DNA of 64,000 nucleotides from Ignavibacteriales bacterium (GTDB lineage Bacteria > Bacteroidota > Ignavibacteria > UBA10030 > UBA6906), in the NCBI GenBank assembly GCA_037441705.1, contig JBBIRR010000023.1, positions 2,165-66,164 on the forward strand, in the 5' to 3' direction. The notes below the pieces were generated by a model. That model did not search any database and had not been told where the DNA came from. It worked only from the letters and a program-made list of their open reading frames with translations. A program made the position numbers and the translations under genes. Positions 1-9,949 of the stretch are shown here, piece by piece (positions within the stretch are counted from its first letter, which is position 1; each line of letters starts with the position of its first letter).

Positions 1-1888
1 ACGTTGATGTGTTCGTGCCGATACGCTCTTCGAGCAGTCCGCCAATACCGCCGTTGATGCTGAGGCTGTACGCGAGCTGGCTTTGTGTCGGGCCGATGTT
101 GTTTACTCGCAGGGTCCGTGTCGCGCTGTCTCCTTGGGTGAGCGTGAGTGCGATCGAAGTCGGGGTGACGGATACGGTTGGTGCCGGCAGACGCTGGAGG
201 CTGACGTTCAGCGGGTACGTCGTTGAATCCTGCAATGCGTAGACCGTATCCTCGCGCGTCGCAAAGCCCAGCTTCTGGAAGCGAATGCGATACACGCCGG
301 TGTCGGGCAAGACGAAGCGGAAGAACCCGCGCGCATTGGTTTGCACGGTGGTTCCCGTCGTCAGGTTCTGCACTCGCACATCCGAAAGCGTATCGCCGAT
401 GCCCGAGCCCGTGACGACGCCTTCGATGCGCGGCAGGGCAACCGAGATTTGCTGAAAGGCTGCCCACATGTCAATCAGCCCCATGCCGTAGGTATTATCC
501 TCGCCAGGCGTTCCGTAGTCTACAGCCGTATTCAACAAAATCTCTTTCAGATCGGAGCAGGTGTAGGAAGGATTGGCACTGCGCAAGACGGCAAGCGCGC
601 CGGCGACATGGGGAGAAGCCATGGACGTCCCCGACAGGAGACCGTATGTGGTACCGGCAAGCGAAGAACGAATGCTGGTCCCCGGCGCGCACACTTCGGG
701 TTTGATTGTCTGTCCGTCGCACACCGACGGCCCTCTGCTGCTGGAACTGGAGATAACCCACGGCGGGGCTGTGGAAGTATTGAGATTGCCTACGGCAAAG
801 AAGTTGACGTTGGAGGTGATGCGATTCTTCGGCGGCGTAATGGTCTGCGCGCCCGATCCGGCATTGCCTGCCGACCACACCACGGCAGTCCCGATGGCCT
901 CCAGTGCATCCACCACGGCCCAGTAGCCGGACGCCCCGTTGCACTGCGTGCTGCTGACGTTCGGGTCCTGATACGAATTGGAGATCACGTCCGGAACGTC
1001 GTTCGCCGTGGAAGGATTGCTATCCGGATCCGCAGCCCACTGAAATGCCCGCAGTGTGTAGCTGGTATGCGGCGAGAAGCCGACGTCAATGGTCGGAGAG
1101 GCAATCCACAACGCCCCGAACGCGACGCCGAAGGTATCGCTTGTTGCGCTTTCCAATCCCGTCATGATGCCCATGGTGTGCGAACCGTGCTTGGTGGAGC
1201 CGTAATCAACGGGAACCGGCGATGGCGGGACTTTCTGATCGTACCACGCGTGATACCACTGCACGCCGGGCTGGTTGCCGCGCCAGCGCGCCGCAAGCCC
1301 GGGATGCGCCCCGTTCACGCCCGTGTCAATGTTCATCACAATCGTGCCCTGCCCGGTGTATCCGAGTTCCCACAACCTGTGCGCATTGATGGCGCGAAGA
1401 TTCGGCTCGGCCGCTCCCGGTGACGATGATGCCGGAGCGGAATCGACCGGGGCGTCAAGTTCCAACAGACCGTCTTCGTAGATCATTCCTACATCCACTC
1501 GCTGCGCCAGCGCAAACACCGTCCGCTTCGTGACGGTCGCAAGCACCAGGTTCACGATCCACATAGATTCGTAGTGTTGCACTTCGCCCAGCGTCTGTTG
1601 TTGGGAGAGGTAGGAGAGAAGCGCCGGTTGTGTCTGTGCCGCCTTCTGCTGCAGTGCGGTCACAACGTAATAATGTCGGTCCTCTTTAGACGCGCGGACG
1701 GCTTTGAACGCCTCCCGCATGCCGTTGACATCCACCTGATCCTGCATCACGATGATGACCTGGACAGGTGCATCATCGGGGAGGGTCTTCAGTTTTTCGG
1801 CAAGCACAGGATCAATGCGATTGAGCGGCTGGCTCATCGCTGCCGCATATACGAAGAAACAAAGAACAGCGAAGAACAGTGGTCTCAT
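1..1888 (-). CDS. Secreted subtilisin-like serine peptidase (S8 family); 3' end runs off the window
   Basis: Absent from the ORF track because no stop lies inside the window. My own reverse-complement translation starts at ATG 1888, with GGAGG a few nt upstream. It gives signal peptide MRPLFFAVLCFFVYAAAMS, then catalytic motifs NIDTGV, HGSHTMG and GTSMASPHVAGA, then a carboxypeptidase-regulatory-like beta-sandwich (VRVQNLTTGTTVQTNARGFFRF). Confidence 0.85.
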   Translation of the reverse strand, partial: MRPLFFAVLCFFVYAAAMSQPLNRIDPVLAEKLKTLPDDAPVQVIIVMQDQVDVNGMREAFKAVRASKEDRHYYVVTALQQKAAQTQPALLSYLSQQQTLGEVQHYESMWIVNLVLATVTKRTVFALAQRVDVGMIYEDGLLELDAPVDSAPASSSPGAAEPNLRAINAHRLWELGYTGQGTIVMNIDTGVNGAHPGLAARWRGNQPGVQWYHAWYDQKVPPSPVPVDYGSTKHGSHTMGIMTGLESATSDTFGVAFGALWIASPTIDVGFSPHTSYTLRAFQWAADPDSNPSTANDVPDVISNSYQDPNVSSTQCNGASGYWAVVDALEAIGTAVVWSAGNAGSGAQTITPPKNRITSNVNFFAVGNLNTSTAPPWVISSSSSRGPSVCDGQTIKPEVCAPGTSIRSSLAGTTYGLLSGTSMASPHVAGALAVLRSANPSYTCSDLKEILLNTAVDYGTPGEDNTYGMGLIDMWAAFQQISVALPRIEGVVTGSGIGDTLSDVRVQNLTTGTTVQTNARGFFRFVLPDTGVYRIRFQKLGFATREDTVYALQDSTTYPLNVSLQRLPAPTVSVTPTSIALTLTQGDSATRTLRVNNIGPTQSQLAYSLSINGGIGGLLEERIGTNTST

Positions 1889-2066
1889 CTGAGAGCCTCC
1901 TTTCGGGATTTGTAGCGGATTTTGGGCGAAGAAGGAGAACCGTGTTGTTCAGACAACCGAGGGTGATCGCAATGCTGAGGCGCAGACTGGAGCGATTGGC
2001 TGTTACCTTCCTCTTCCCCCGACTGCAACAAGATAGTCACGACCGGGAAGAGATTCAACCGTACGG

Positions 2067-4358
2067 TCACCGAATGAGCATCATTTTCTTGGTATGTGAC
2101 CTCGCCCCCTGGCTGAGCCGATACACATACACTCCGCTTGCCAGTCCTGTTGCATCAAACGGAATTGTATAGCTTCCGGGCGTCAGCATTTCGTGGACGA
2201 GCGAAGCAACGTGCCGGCCGAGAATGTCATACACCGTGAGCGAGACGAATCCATAATCCACCATCGTGAAGCGAATGGTCGTCACAGGATTGAAGGGATT
2301 GGGGTAATTCTGCTCTAACTCGAACACAAGTGGAGACTCACCTTCCACAACGGTTGTAAGAAGCGAGACCGAGTTCGCAATACGGAGCTTCCCGAATCCC
2401 CACGTTGTATTCGGCACGGTGCCGGTGTACTGATCGGCGATGGCGCCGCGTCGCAGCAGGTTGCGGACGTGGCGGTGTCTCAATGTCGTGTCCGCCTGAA
2501 GCAGCAGCGCAGCAGCTCCTGCAACGTGAGGACCCGCAGAGCTGGTGCCGCCGAACGCCGTGTACGTTACATTCCTGCCGATCGAATACACCGTGCTTCC
2601 CGGTGCAGCGACATCCACAATGCGCCAGCCATCGAGTCGCGTGCCCCTGCCGCTGAAGCTGTTGATATCCGTGTTGTTGGATTTGTTCTTGTATGCCGCG
2701 ACGCCAATCGAACTGTCAGCCGTTGACGGCCAGGTTGCGGTATTATCCTCTGTTGGCACACTCCAGCGTGCAAGGCCCGTCCATGAGAAGCCGTTGTCAC
2801 CCAACAAGCCGTCAACACGCTTCTGGCCTGCGGTGGTGTTGACGAGACGAACGTTGTACGTCGTTCCTCCGCTCGAGGCAATCTGCACCGCCATCATCAC
2901 CGTGCCGCGCGAGGAGATGCTTTTGATGGAGTAGACCGACTTGCCGCCGATGGTAATGGTGGAACCGTCGCCCGGCAGCGTTACGAACTCGCTGGCGCCC
3001 ACCTGCAGCTTCACCACAATGTCGGCTGCACTTCCCCTCCACCTGATGGAGGGCCACGTGGTGGTTGATGAGCCGCCGGTGAACGCCGCCGTGGTCGAGT
3101 CGTTCGCGTTCACAAGCATCGTCTTCTGCATGAAGCCGCCCGTGAGGTTCCCGGCGGGCATCACCTGAACGATGCCGCTTGCTGCAAGCTCGTTGATCAT
3201 GATCTCTTCGTTCGATGAGCCGTCAAGATACTCCCACACCCATTCGCCGTCTTCGACCAGCATGACGTCGGCGCTTTCGGCTTGTGCCCACGCCATGAGA
3301 AGCGCCAGTTCCGTGAAGAAGCGCGGCGCGTTGTTGTAATTCACGGTGCCGAAGATCATTTCCGCTCCCGGTGCAATGCCGGCAAGTCGGTGCACGCCCT
3401 CAATCCCGCCCACGGCGATGCCAGCGACTGCCGTTCCGTGTCCGCCGTAGGGTCCCGTATCGGCGCCGGCAAGAATCAAATCCACGCCGCGCCGGCGCAC
3501 GGTTCCATCCGATTCGCGGATAGCTCGCACTTTCGATGTTCGCAGTCCCACGACCCGTTCGCCGACATCGAGCCGATTGTTGCCGTTCGCATCGAGAGAG
3601 ATGAACCACTGTTCGCCGTAGGTCGGAGAGCTTTCCGTGAAACCGGCGGCGGTGCCGAAGTCACGCGCGCCGTTGTTGTTTGCATCGTTGTAGAGAAAAT
3701 CGAGATTGGCATCGTACACACCTGAGGTATTGCCTGAGTACGAAATCTCGCGGTAGCGAAGAATCTCTCCGGGATCGGGCACGCCGTTGCGGTTCTTGTC
3801 CACCGCGTCGGTTCCCGGATCGAATGTGTTGTTGCTGTTCACATCGAGCCACACCAGCGTGTCGCCGTCGGCAAACCACAGCATGGGGTGGAAAAAGTCA
3901 ACGCCCGTGTCGAAGTCGGCGATCAGGACACCCTTGCCGGTGATTTTCCATCCGCGTTGGTCGGTGCGCTGCCATACGGTATCCGCTTGCACCTGCGGCC
4001 GGCTGACGTCCAGCGGCGGCACGCGCACAGGGCGCCATGAGGGCTGGACCGCGACAATGTCCTCGCGTGATGCAAGAATCGGGAGCGCCTCGGCGGGCAC
4101 TTCGACCGGGAAAACCGTGCGTGTACCAAGACGTGCGCCATGATAATAGTGGAATCGAATGCCGATCTGCTCAAGAGCATTCAGGCTGCGTTCGTCCGGT
4201 GCTTCGGTGAAGCGGATCGTGGAGGGAATCAGAACATCCGATTCGCCGCGTGAGGCCAGGTGTTTCTGGATGAAGTCGAACCGGAAGTCAATGCGTTGGG
4301 CGTTCAGTCCGTTCATCACCAGACCCAAAACAACGAGGGTAAGAAGAAAACGCCGCAT
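2067..4358 (-). CDS. S8 subtilase with T9SS C-terminal sorting domain
   Basis: ORF 2067..4439. The internal ATG at 4358 gives signal peptide MRRFLLTLVVLGLVMNGLNA. Triad motifs DFDTGVD, GHGTAVAG and GTSSAGPHVAGAAALL are present. The C-terminus NYPNPFNPVTTIRF...GVYVYRL...KKMMLIR matches the Por secretion tail pattern (TIGR04183-type). Confidence 0.9.
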   Translation of the reverse strand: MRRFLLTLVVLGLVMNGLNAQRIDFRFDFIQKHLASRGESDVLIPSTIRFTEAPDERSLNALEQIGIRFHYYHGARLGTRTVFPVEVPAEALPILASREDIVAVQPSWRPVRVPPLDVSRPQVQADTVWQRTDQRGWKITGKGVLIADFDTGVDFFHPMLWFADGDTLVWLDVNSNNTFDPGTDAVDKNRNGVPDPGEILRYREISYSGNTSGVYDANLDFLYNDANNNGARDFGTAAGFTESSPTYGEQWFISLDANGNNRLDVGERVVGLRTSKVRAIRESDGTVRRRGVDLILAGADTGPYGGHGTAVAGIAVGGIEGVHRLAGIAPGAEMIFGTVNYNNAPRFFTELALLMAWAQAESADVMLVEDGEWVWEYLDGSSNEEIMINELAASGIVQVMPAGNLTGGFMQKTMLVNANDSTTAAFTGGSSTTTWPSIRWRGSAADIVVKLQVGASEFVTLPGDGSTITIGGKSVYSIKSISSRGTVMMAVQIASSGGTTYNVRLVNTTAGQKRVDGLLGDNGFSWTGLARWSVPTEDNTATWPSTADSSIGVAAYKNKSNNTDINSFSGRGTRLDGWRIVDVAAPGSTVYSIGRNVTYTAFGGTSSAGPHVAGAAALLLQADTTLRHRHVRNLLRRGAIADQYTGTVPNTTWGFGKLRIANSVSLLTTVVEGESPLVFELEQNYPNPFNPVTTIRFTMVDYGFVSLTVYDILGRHVASLVHEMLTPGSYTIPFDATGLASGVYVYRLSQGARSHTKKMMLIR

Positions 4359-4416
4359 GGTTCTTTCCTGGAAAAGGTACATTGAACAATTTGTTTCGTC
4401 GTGCAGGAGTATGTCT

Positions 4417-5088
4417 CTACTCCGCCGTCTCAAACACATCCTCTGAAAGTCCCGTGTTGATTTTGTAGTTGGAATAGCGGATGGTGATGGTTCCGTTGCG
4501 GGGCATGGGCGTGCGAGTAATTGCCCCCGGCATGGTGATCGGCGCGTCGGTGGTATCCGCCGGCGGGCTTGCGAGCTGCACGATCAGGAGCGAGGGCATG
4601 ACGTAGCCGTCGTACCGCGCGTATTCGAATCGTGCCGTCATTGTTCGCCCGCCGATAAGCACGGACGTGACGACCGTGGGCCGCCACAGCGTCGTGTCGA
4701 CGCTTATTGTCAACTTTCCCACGCGCATGGCGTCGTCTTTCGGACGAAGCATGATGTGCACGCTCGCAGGTGTCTCTCCATCGGTAACCTCTTCCACAGA
4801 AAACCGCGAGAGAATGCGGGCCACGTTGAACGCCAATCCTTCACGCGGCAACAAGGCGAAGCCGCTCGACTCGAAATGAAATTTGTCGGGATGTTTGTAG
4901 TACATCTGCAGATGCATGGGCTGGACGTTCATGCGCTCGACATCGGCGGTAACATCGAGCGTCACGACATAATCCTGCACACTCGCGAGGGCGGCTTCGA
5001 CCTTCTTCAGAATGGCTTCGCCGGAGAGGTGCGGGGTGGATGCACCGCCAAGCACGACGAGGAAAGCGGGAAGGATTGCGCGAATCAT
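4417..5088 (-). CDS. LolA-like / outer-membrane lipoprotein-sorting family protein (putative)
   Basis: 223-aa ORF starting at an ATG, with an N-terminal signal peptide (MIRAILPAFLVVLGGAS). The rest looks beta-rich and resembles LolA-like lipoprotein carrier folds. The family assignment is by eye only. Confidence 0.5.
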   Translation of the reverse strand: MIRAILPAFLVVLGGASTPHLSGEAILKKVEAALASVQDYVVTLDVTADVERMNVQPMHLQMYYKHPDKFHFESSGFALLPREGLAFNVARILSRFSVEEVTDGETPASVHIMLRPKDDAMRVGKLTISVDTTLWRPTVVTSVLIGGRTMTARFEYARYDGYVMPSLLIVQLASPPADTTDAPITMPGAITRTPMPRNGTITIRYSNYKINTGLSEDVFETAE

Positions 5089-5209
5089 AGTTCAGCCGAA
5101 GACAATATCAACCTGCTGAATCTCGGCACGCATGCCGCACATTTCTTGCGAGTAAGATATGTGAATCGGTGAAGGTTAGCAATCCCCGCGGAGTGGAACC
5201 GGGCCGCTG

Positions 5210-6547
5210 TTACTTACTGTTCGCCTCCTGCCGTGTCACCACCATGTTGTAGATCCACATCAACACCGCACCGGCAACGCCGACGCCGATGAGAGCGAAC
5301 CAGATAAGTTCGGGCTGATTCAGCTCTTTCGCCGTCTGATAAATCCATCCCCCGAAGGGATCGCCGACGAAGCGCGCAATGGCGATTGGGAGAAACGCGT
5401 AACCCTGATACAAACCCTGCTGTCCCGGCGGCGCAATCTCCGAGATGTACTCATAGTAGCGCGGCGCCTGAATCATCTCGCCGATCGCGAACGCCACGAT
5501 CCCCGCGGCAATCGTCGGAATGCTCGGATGAATCCCGATGATCACCCAGATGAGGCTGGAGATGGCGAACCCGAGCACGATGGCCGTACGTGTCGGGATG
5601 TTTTTCGTGAGCCAGTTGAGGGGAATTTGAAAAAGGATGATTGCACCGGCGCCTGCCCACGATTGGATGATCTCGTACGGCGCATCTTTGTCAATGAAGT
5701 CCGTGATGTAATACGGAACGATGATGAATTCCTGCCAGAAGATGATCCAGTAAAGCGAGTAGATGAGCAGGAAGATCATGAACTTGACGTTGCCGAGCAC
5801 GACGAAGAGGTTGGCGATTTTCTTGCCGAGGGATTCGGATACAGGCGCCTGATTGCCCTGCACTTCTTTGTACAGAAGAATATTGACGACGAGCATCGCG
5901 AAGCAACTCAACGCCGAGACGCCGTAGACGAATTCGTTCCCGAACCTGTCGCGCACAAGGTAGGCGATCGTTGGACCGAGCATCGCGCCGATGTTGACGA
6001 TCCAGTAGTAAATGGCAAAGCCGAGCGACTTGGTTTTCTCACTCGATGTCAGAGCAACGGTTCCCAACACCGACGGCTTGATGAACGAGCCGCCGAAGGC
6101 CGTCAGGATGAGAAACGCCATCAGCAGCCAGTAGTTGTGCGGGTCGCCGTAAATGCCCCTGAAGATTTCCATGCCCAGCGAGCCGATGAGAAAATAGCCG
6201 AGCGCAAGAATGGTGAAGGCGACGTTGAATGCGCGGCGGAACCCCCACTTGTCTGCAAGCGTGCCCGCGAGGATGGGCAGAAGATAAATCAAGCCGCCGA
6301 AGACCCCCGAAAGCTGGCCCGCCTCTGCTTCACTGAAGCCGAGCTTGTTGCGCACGTAGATGACGAACACAATCTGCTGACCGTAATAGGCGAGTCGCTC
6401 GAACAGCTCCATGCCGTTGGCGACCCAGAATGTGGGATGAAAACCGCTCCGGATCTCCTGAAGGCGTTCGGAAAAACTCAAGGGTGCTCCTTGGATTGTG
6501 ACTGTGTGAGTGTGGAAGGAAACGCTGACGCCTCTGCCGACGAACAC
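5210..6547 (-). CDS. POT/PTR2 family di-/tripeptide:proton symporter (MFS)
   Basis: 445-aa polytopic membrane ORF starting at GTG 6547. It carries the PTR2 motifs ELFERLAYYG and GTLADKWGFRR. Confidence 0.85.
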   Translation of the reverse strand: MFVGRGVSVSFHTHTVTIQGAPLSFSERLQEIRSGFHPTFWVANGMELFERLAYYGQQIVFVIYVRNKLGFSEAEAGQLSGVFGGLIYLLPILAGTLADKWGFRRAFNVAFTILALGYFLIGSLGMEIFRGIYGDPHNYWLLMAFLILTAFGGSFIKPSVLGTVALTSSEKTKSLGFAIYYWIVNIGAMLGPTIAYLVRDRFGNEFVYGVSALSCFAMLVVNILLYKEVQGNQAPVSESLGKKIANLFVVLGNVKFMIFLLIYSLYWIIFWQEFIIVPYYITDFIDKDAPYEIIQSWAGAGAIILFQIPLNWLTKNIPTRTAIVLGFAISSLIWVIIGIHPSIPTIAAGIVAFAIGEMIQAPRYYEYISEIAPPGQQGLYQGYAFLPIAIARFVGDPFGGWIYQTAKELNQPELIWFALIGVGVAGAVLMWIYNMVVTRQEANSK

Positions 6548-6604
6548 GTTGCATTCAAGTTAAGAAAATCCCGCTGAATATCAACCGGATGAGAGTCGCT
6601 CTAA

Positions 6605-6764
6605 GGCTGAACAAAAAGTAGTACGACGTCATTCTGAGCCTCGTTTCTCAGAGGCGAAGAATCCAAAGCCGAGCCATTTACTGGATTCTTCACTCCGCTT
6701 CGCTGAGTTTATCCTGAGCGAAGCCGAAGGGTTCAGAATGACGATGGTTTCTTTTTGTACAGCC
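6605..6764. repeat. Multi-branched palindromic intergenic element (REP/MITE-like)
   Basis: Nested inverted repeats. 6605-6618 pairs with 6751-6764 (14 bp, 1 mismatch). 6627-6640 pairs with 6730-6743 (14 bp, 1 mismatch). 6656-6664 pairs with 6683-6691 (9 bp, perfect). 6697-6707 pairs with 6714-6724 (11 bp, 1 mismatch). It lies in the divergent POT/amylase intergenic region. Confidence 0.8.
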
Positions 6765-6826
6765 TCGTTTGCACAATCCCCACCGAATCCCTACTTTTCT
6801 ATGCCATCTCACAATTACCCGCAGTC

Positions 6827-8680
6827 ATGAATTGCAACCTCATCTGCACTCTTGTGTTGCTGCTGTCCGCAGCGGCTTCGTTCGCACAATCTCCTCGCGT
6901 GCACAAAGTGGAGCCGCCGAATTGGTGGACAGGCATGAAGCACAACAAAGTCCAGTTGATGGTGTACGGCGAACACCTGCACACGGTGAAGGCTCGATCG
7001 TCTTCCGCTCATCTGAAGGTCGTCCGAACGCATACGCCGGCCAATCCTGCGTACGCGTTTGTTGATGTGGAGATTGCAAGATCGGCGAAGCCGGGCGAGT
7101 ACACGCTCACGCTCACATCACGAAGCGGCGCGGTGTCGTTCACGTTTCCGGTTCTGCAGCGAAGACGCTCGACCGCAGAACATCAAGGCTTCGATCCGAC
7201 GGATGTCATCTACCTCATCACGCCCGACCGATTCGCCAACGGCGACACCACCAACGACAACAAGCCCGACATGCCGGACAGCCTGAAGCCGGGACACCCC
7301 TACGGTCGGCACGGCGGAGATATTCAGGGAATCATCTCGAAGCTCGACTACCTTCAGGACCTCGGCGTCACTGCGTTGTGGCTGAATCCCGTGGTGGAGA
7401 ACAACACAACGACGGCAAGCTACCACGGCTACGCGGCAACGGATTTGTACAGAGTTGACGCGCGGTTCGGAAGCAACGAACTGTTCGCGGCATTCGTCCG
7501 CGAAGCCCATGCGCACAATCTCAAAGTGATCATGGACCACGTGAACAATCACATCAGCATCCGTCACCCGTGGCTCAGCAATCTGCCGACGCCGGATTGG
7601 TTGAACGGCACGCCGGAACGGCATCAGAAGGCGTATCACTCGAAAATAGAGCTGCACGATCCGTATAGCGACACGCTCACCAAACAGAAAGCAACGCTCG
7701 GCTGGTTTTCGGAAAGCATGCCCGACTTGAACCAGCGCAATCCGTTTGTTGCAAACTATCTCATGCAGAGCACCATCTGGTGGATTGAGTTCAGCGGCAT
7801 TGACGGCATCCGTGAGGATACCTATCCGTACATTGATCCGGAATTTCGTGCACGATGGTGCAGGGCTATTCTGGACGAATACCCGCGGTTCAACATTGTG
7901 GGAGAAGTGTGGGTTCAGGACCCGGCGTACCTCGCTCCGTATCAACGCCGTACGTTCTTTCCGAAGCGGTTCGATCCGCAGCTTCCCAGCATCACCGACT
8001 TCGGGTTGTTCGATGCGTTCATGAAGGCGTTCGCCGATTCGGCGGGAACGATCGAGCATGTGTTCCGCTGTCTCACGAAGGATTTCCTCTACGCCGACCC
8101 GAACAACCTTGTGACGTTTCTCGACAACCACGACATCAGGCGCATCATGTATGCCGTGAACGGAGATGTGCAGCGCTTCAAGCTCGCCCTCACGCTGCTG
8201 CTGACGACGCGGGGCATCCCGCAGATACTCTACGGAACGGAGATCGGCATGAAGGGCGGAGCGGACCACGGCAGGCTTCGCGCCGATTTTCCCGGCGGTT
8301 TCCCGCGCGATGCGCGCAATGCATTCACACGAGCCGGGCGGACGGAAGAGGAGAACGATATTTTCGATTTTACCCGACGGCTTCTACACATCCGCAGGAC
8401 GTACACGCCGCTGCAGCGCGGCGCGCTCGTGCACTTCAAACCCGAGCGGGAAGTTTATGTCTATTTCAGAATCCTCGGCCGCGAACGGATGATGATTGTC
8501 ATCAACAACAACAAGGAGAAGCAAGCGGTAGCTCTCGCGCCGTTCGAGCATCAGTTGCAGGATGTTGTGCACCTGCGGGACGTGATGACGGGAAAGGAAT
8601 TCGATCTCAGTCAGAAGTACGAAGTCGAGATGGATGGACGAATGGGCAGAGTGTTTGAAGTGGTGAGGGAACGGCAGTAG
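6827..8680 (+). CDS. GH13 alpha-amylase family glycoside hydrolase (cyclomaltodextrinase/neopullulanase-like), secreted
   Basis: ORF 6755..8680. The ATG at 6827 gives signal peptide MNCNLICTLVLLLSAAASFAQS. GH13 conserved regions are present: DRFANGD, GGDIQGI..LDYLQDLGVTALWLNP, VIMDHVNNH, GIDGIREDT, IVGEVW and FLDNHD. Confidence 0.9.
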   Translation: MNCNLICTLVLLLSAAASFAQSPRVHKVEPPNWWTGMKHNKVQLMVYGEHLHTVKARSSSAHLKVVRTHTPANPAYAFVDVEIARSAKPGEYTLTLTSRSGAVSFTFPVLQRRRSTAEHQGFDPTDVIYLITPDRFANGDTTNDNKPDMPDSLKPGHPYGRHGGDIQGIISKLDYLQDLGVTALWLNPVVENNTTTASYHGYAATDLYRVDARFGSNELFAAFVREAHAHNLKVIMDHVNNHISIRHPWLSNLPTPDWLNGTPERHQKAYHSKIELHDPYSDTLTKQKATLGWFSESMPDLNQRNPFVANYLMQSTIWWIEFSGIDGIREDTYPYIDPEFRARWCRAILDEYPRFNIVGEVWVQDPAYLAPYQRRTFFPKRFDPQLPSITDFGLFDAFMKAFADSAGTIEHVFRCLTKDFLYADPNNLVTFLDNHDIRRIMYAVNGDVQRFKLALTLLLTTRGIPQILYGTEIGMKGGADHGRLRADFPGGFPRDARNAFTRAGRTEEENDIFDFTRRLLHIRRTYTPLQRGALVHFKPEREVYVYFRILGRERMMIVINNNKEKQAVALAPFEHQLQDVVHLRDVMTGKEFDLSQKYEVEMDGRMGRVFEVVRERQ

Positions 8681-8726
8681 GTGAGACGTTCTGCAGAAGG
8701 TTTGTCCGCGTTAGGCGGCCGGAGGG

Positions 8727-8749
8727 TGCCCGCCGTTGTTCGGCGGGCA
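8727..8749 (+). terminator. GC-rich hairpin downstream of the amylase gene (possible terminator)
   Basis: TGCCCGCCG-ttgtt-CGGCGGGCA is a perfect 9-bp stem with a 5-nt loop, 47 nt after the stop codon. There is no clear T-tract. Confidence 0.4.
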
Positions 8750-8852
8750 GTGCGAAGCGTTGTTCAGCGAAGCACCGAAGCCCGCAGGACGCCGACGGCG
8801 CTGCGCAGCGCTTAGCGCCGGAACGCCCAACATACAATTGCCTCTACCAACT

Positions 8853-9938
8853 ATGAAAGCTCAACTGATTCATCGTCTCTGCACGCTTCCCGATACCGAG
8901 GGCGGCGTTGGTGAGGCGGAGCCTCTGGCTCTCAGCGACGTTCCCGTACCGCGCCCGCAGCGCAAGGAGATTCTCGTGCGGGTCTCTGCCTGCGCCGTGT
9001 GTCATACCGAACTGGATGAGATTGAAGGACGAACGCCGCCGCCGCGCCTGCCGGTCGTTCCCGGACATCAGGTGGTGGGAAGAGTGGAGGAGGTGGGAGA
9101 CGGCGTTACGCGATTTGGCATCGGCGATCGTGTGGGCGTTGCGTGGATTTTTTCGGCGTGCGGCACGTGCCGCTTCTGTCGTGAAGGAAACGAGAATCTC
9201 TGTCCCGACTTCAAAGCAACCGGACGCGATGCCGGCGGCGGCTATGCGGAGTACATGACGGTGCATGAGGAGTTTGCGTTCGCGATTCCCGCGGCGTTCA
9301 CGGATGAAGAAGCCGCGCCGCTGCTCTGCGCGGGCGCGATCGGCTACCGCTCGCTTCGGCTTGCAGGCATCGAGGATGGAGGAACACTCGGCCTCACGGG
9401 CTTCGGCGCCTCGGCGCATTTGGTGTTGAAGATGGTGAGGCATCGCTTCCCGCGAACCGGAGTGTTCGTGTTTGCGCGAAGCGAGAAGGAGAGGGTCTTT
9501 GCGCGAGAACTGGGGGCACAGTGGGCCGGCGACACGAGGGAGGCGGCGCCCGAGAAACTCAACGCCATCATCGATACGACGCCGACATGGACGCCGGTGG
9601 TTGAGGCCCTCCGCAATCTTGCGCCGGGCGGCAGACTCGTCATCAACGCTATCAGAAAAGAAGATGCCGACAGGCAGTACCTGACCCGCTTAGATTACCC
9701 AACGCATCTCTGGATGGAAAAAGAAATCAAGAGCGTTGCCAACGTTACGCGTCGCGATGTGCAGGAGTTCTTGAGCCTCGCGGCGGAGATTCCCATCAAG
9801 CCCGAGGTGCAGATGTACGCGCTTGAAGAAGCCAACCGGGCGTTGGTTGAACTCAAGCAGCGAAAAATTCGTGGAGCGAAAGTGTTGAGGGTTGGATCGT
9901 TCGGACAGGCATCATCGGTGCAGAGAGCAGAGCGGTAA
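8853..9938 (+). CDS. Zinc-dependent alcohol dehydrogenase family oxidoreductase
   Basis: ORF 8736..9938, with ATG at 8853 (MKAQLIH). Catalytic and structural Zn motifs are present: CAVCHTELDEIEG, GHQVVGRV and CGTCRFCREGNENLC. Rossmann motif GLTGFGASAH is also present. Confidence 0.85.
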   Translation: MKAQLIHRLCTLPDTEGGVGEAEPLALSDVPVPRPQRKEILVRVSACAVCHTELDEIEGRTPPPRLPVVPGHQVVGRVEEVGDGVTRFGIGDRVGVAWIFSACGTCRFCREGNENLCPDFKATGRDAGGGYAEYMTVHEEFAFAIPAAFTDEEAAPLLCAGAIGYRSLRLAGIEDGGTLGLTGFGASAHLVLKMVRHRFPRTGVFVFARSEKERVFARELGAQWAGDTREAAPEKLNAIIDTTPTWTPVVEALRNLAPGGRLVINAIRKEDADRQYLTRLDYPTHLWMEKEIKSVANVTRRDVQEFLSLAAEIPIKPEVQMYALEEANRALVELKQRKIRGAKVLRVGSFGQASSVQRAER

Positions 9939-9949
9939 TCGCGAACCAG

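Noticed and set aside
341-1423. A 360-aa plus-strand ORF and other plus-strand ORFs in 1-1915.
   Set aside because: - They are Arg/Gly/Pro-rich nonsense-like sequences.
- The opposite strand encodes a complete S8 peptidase N-terminus and catalytic triad.
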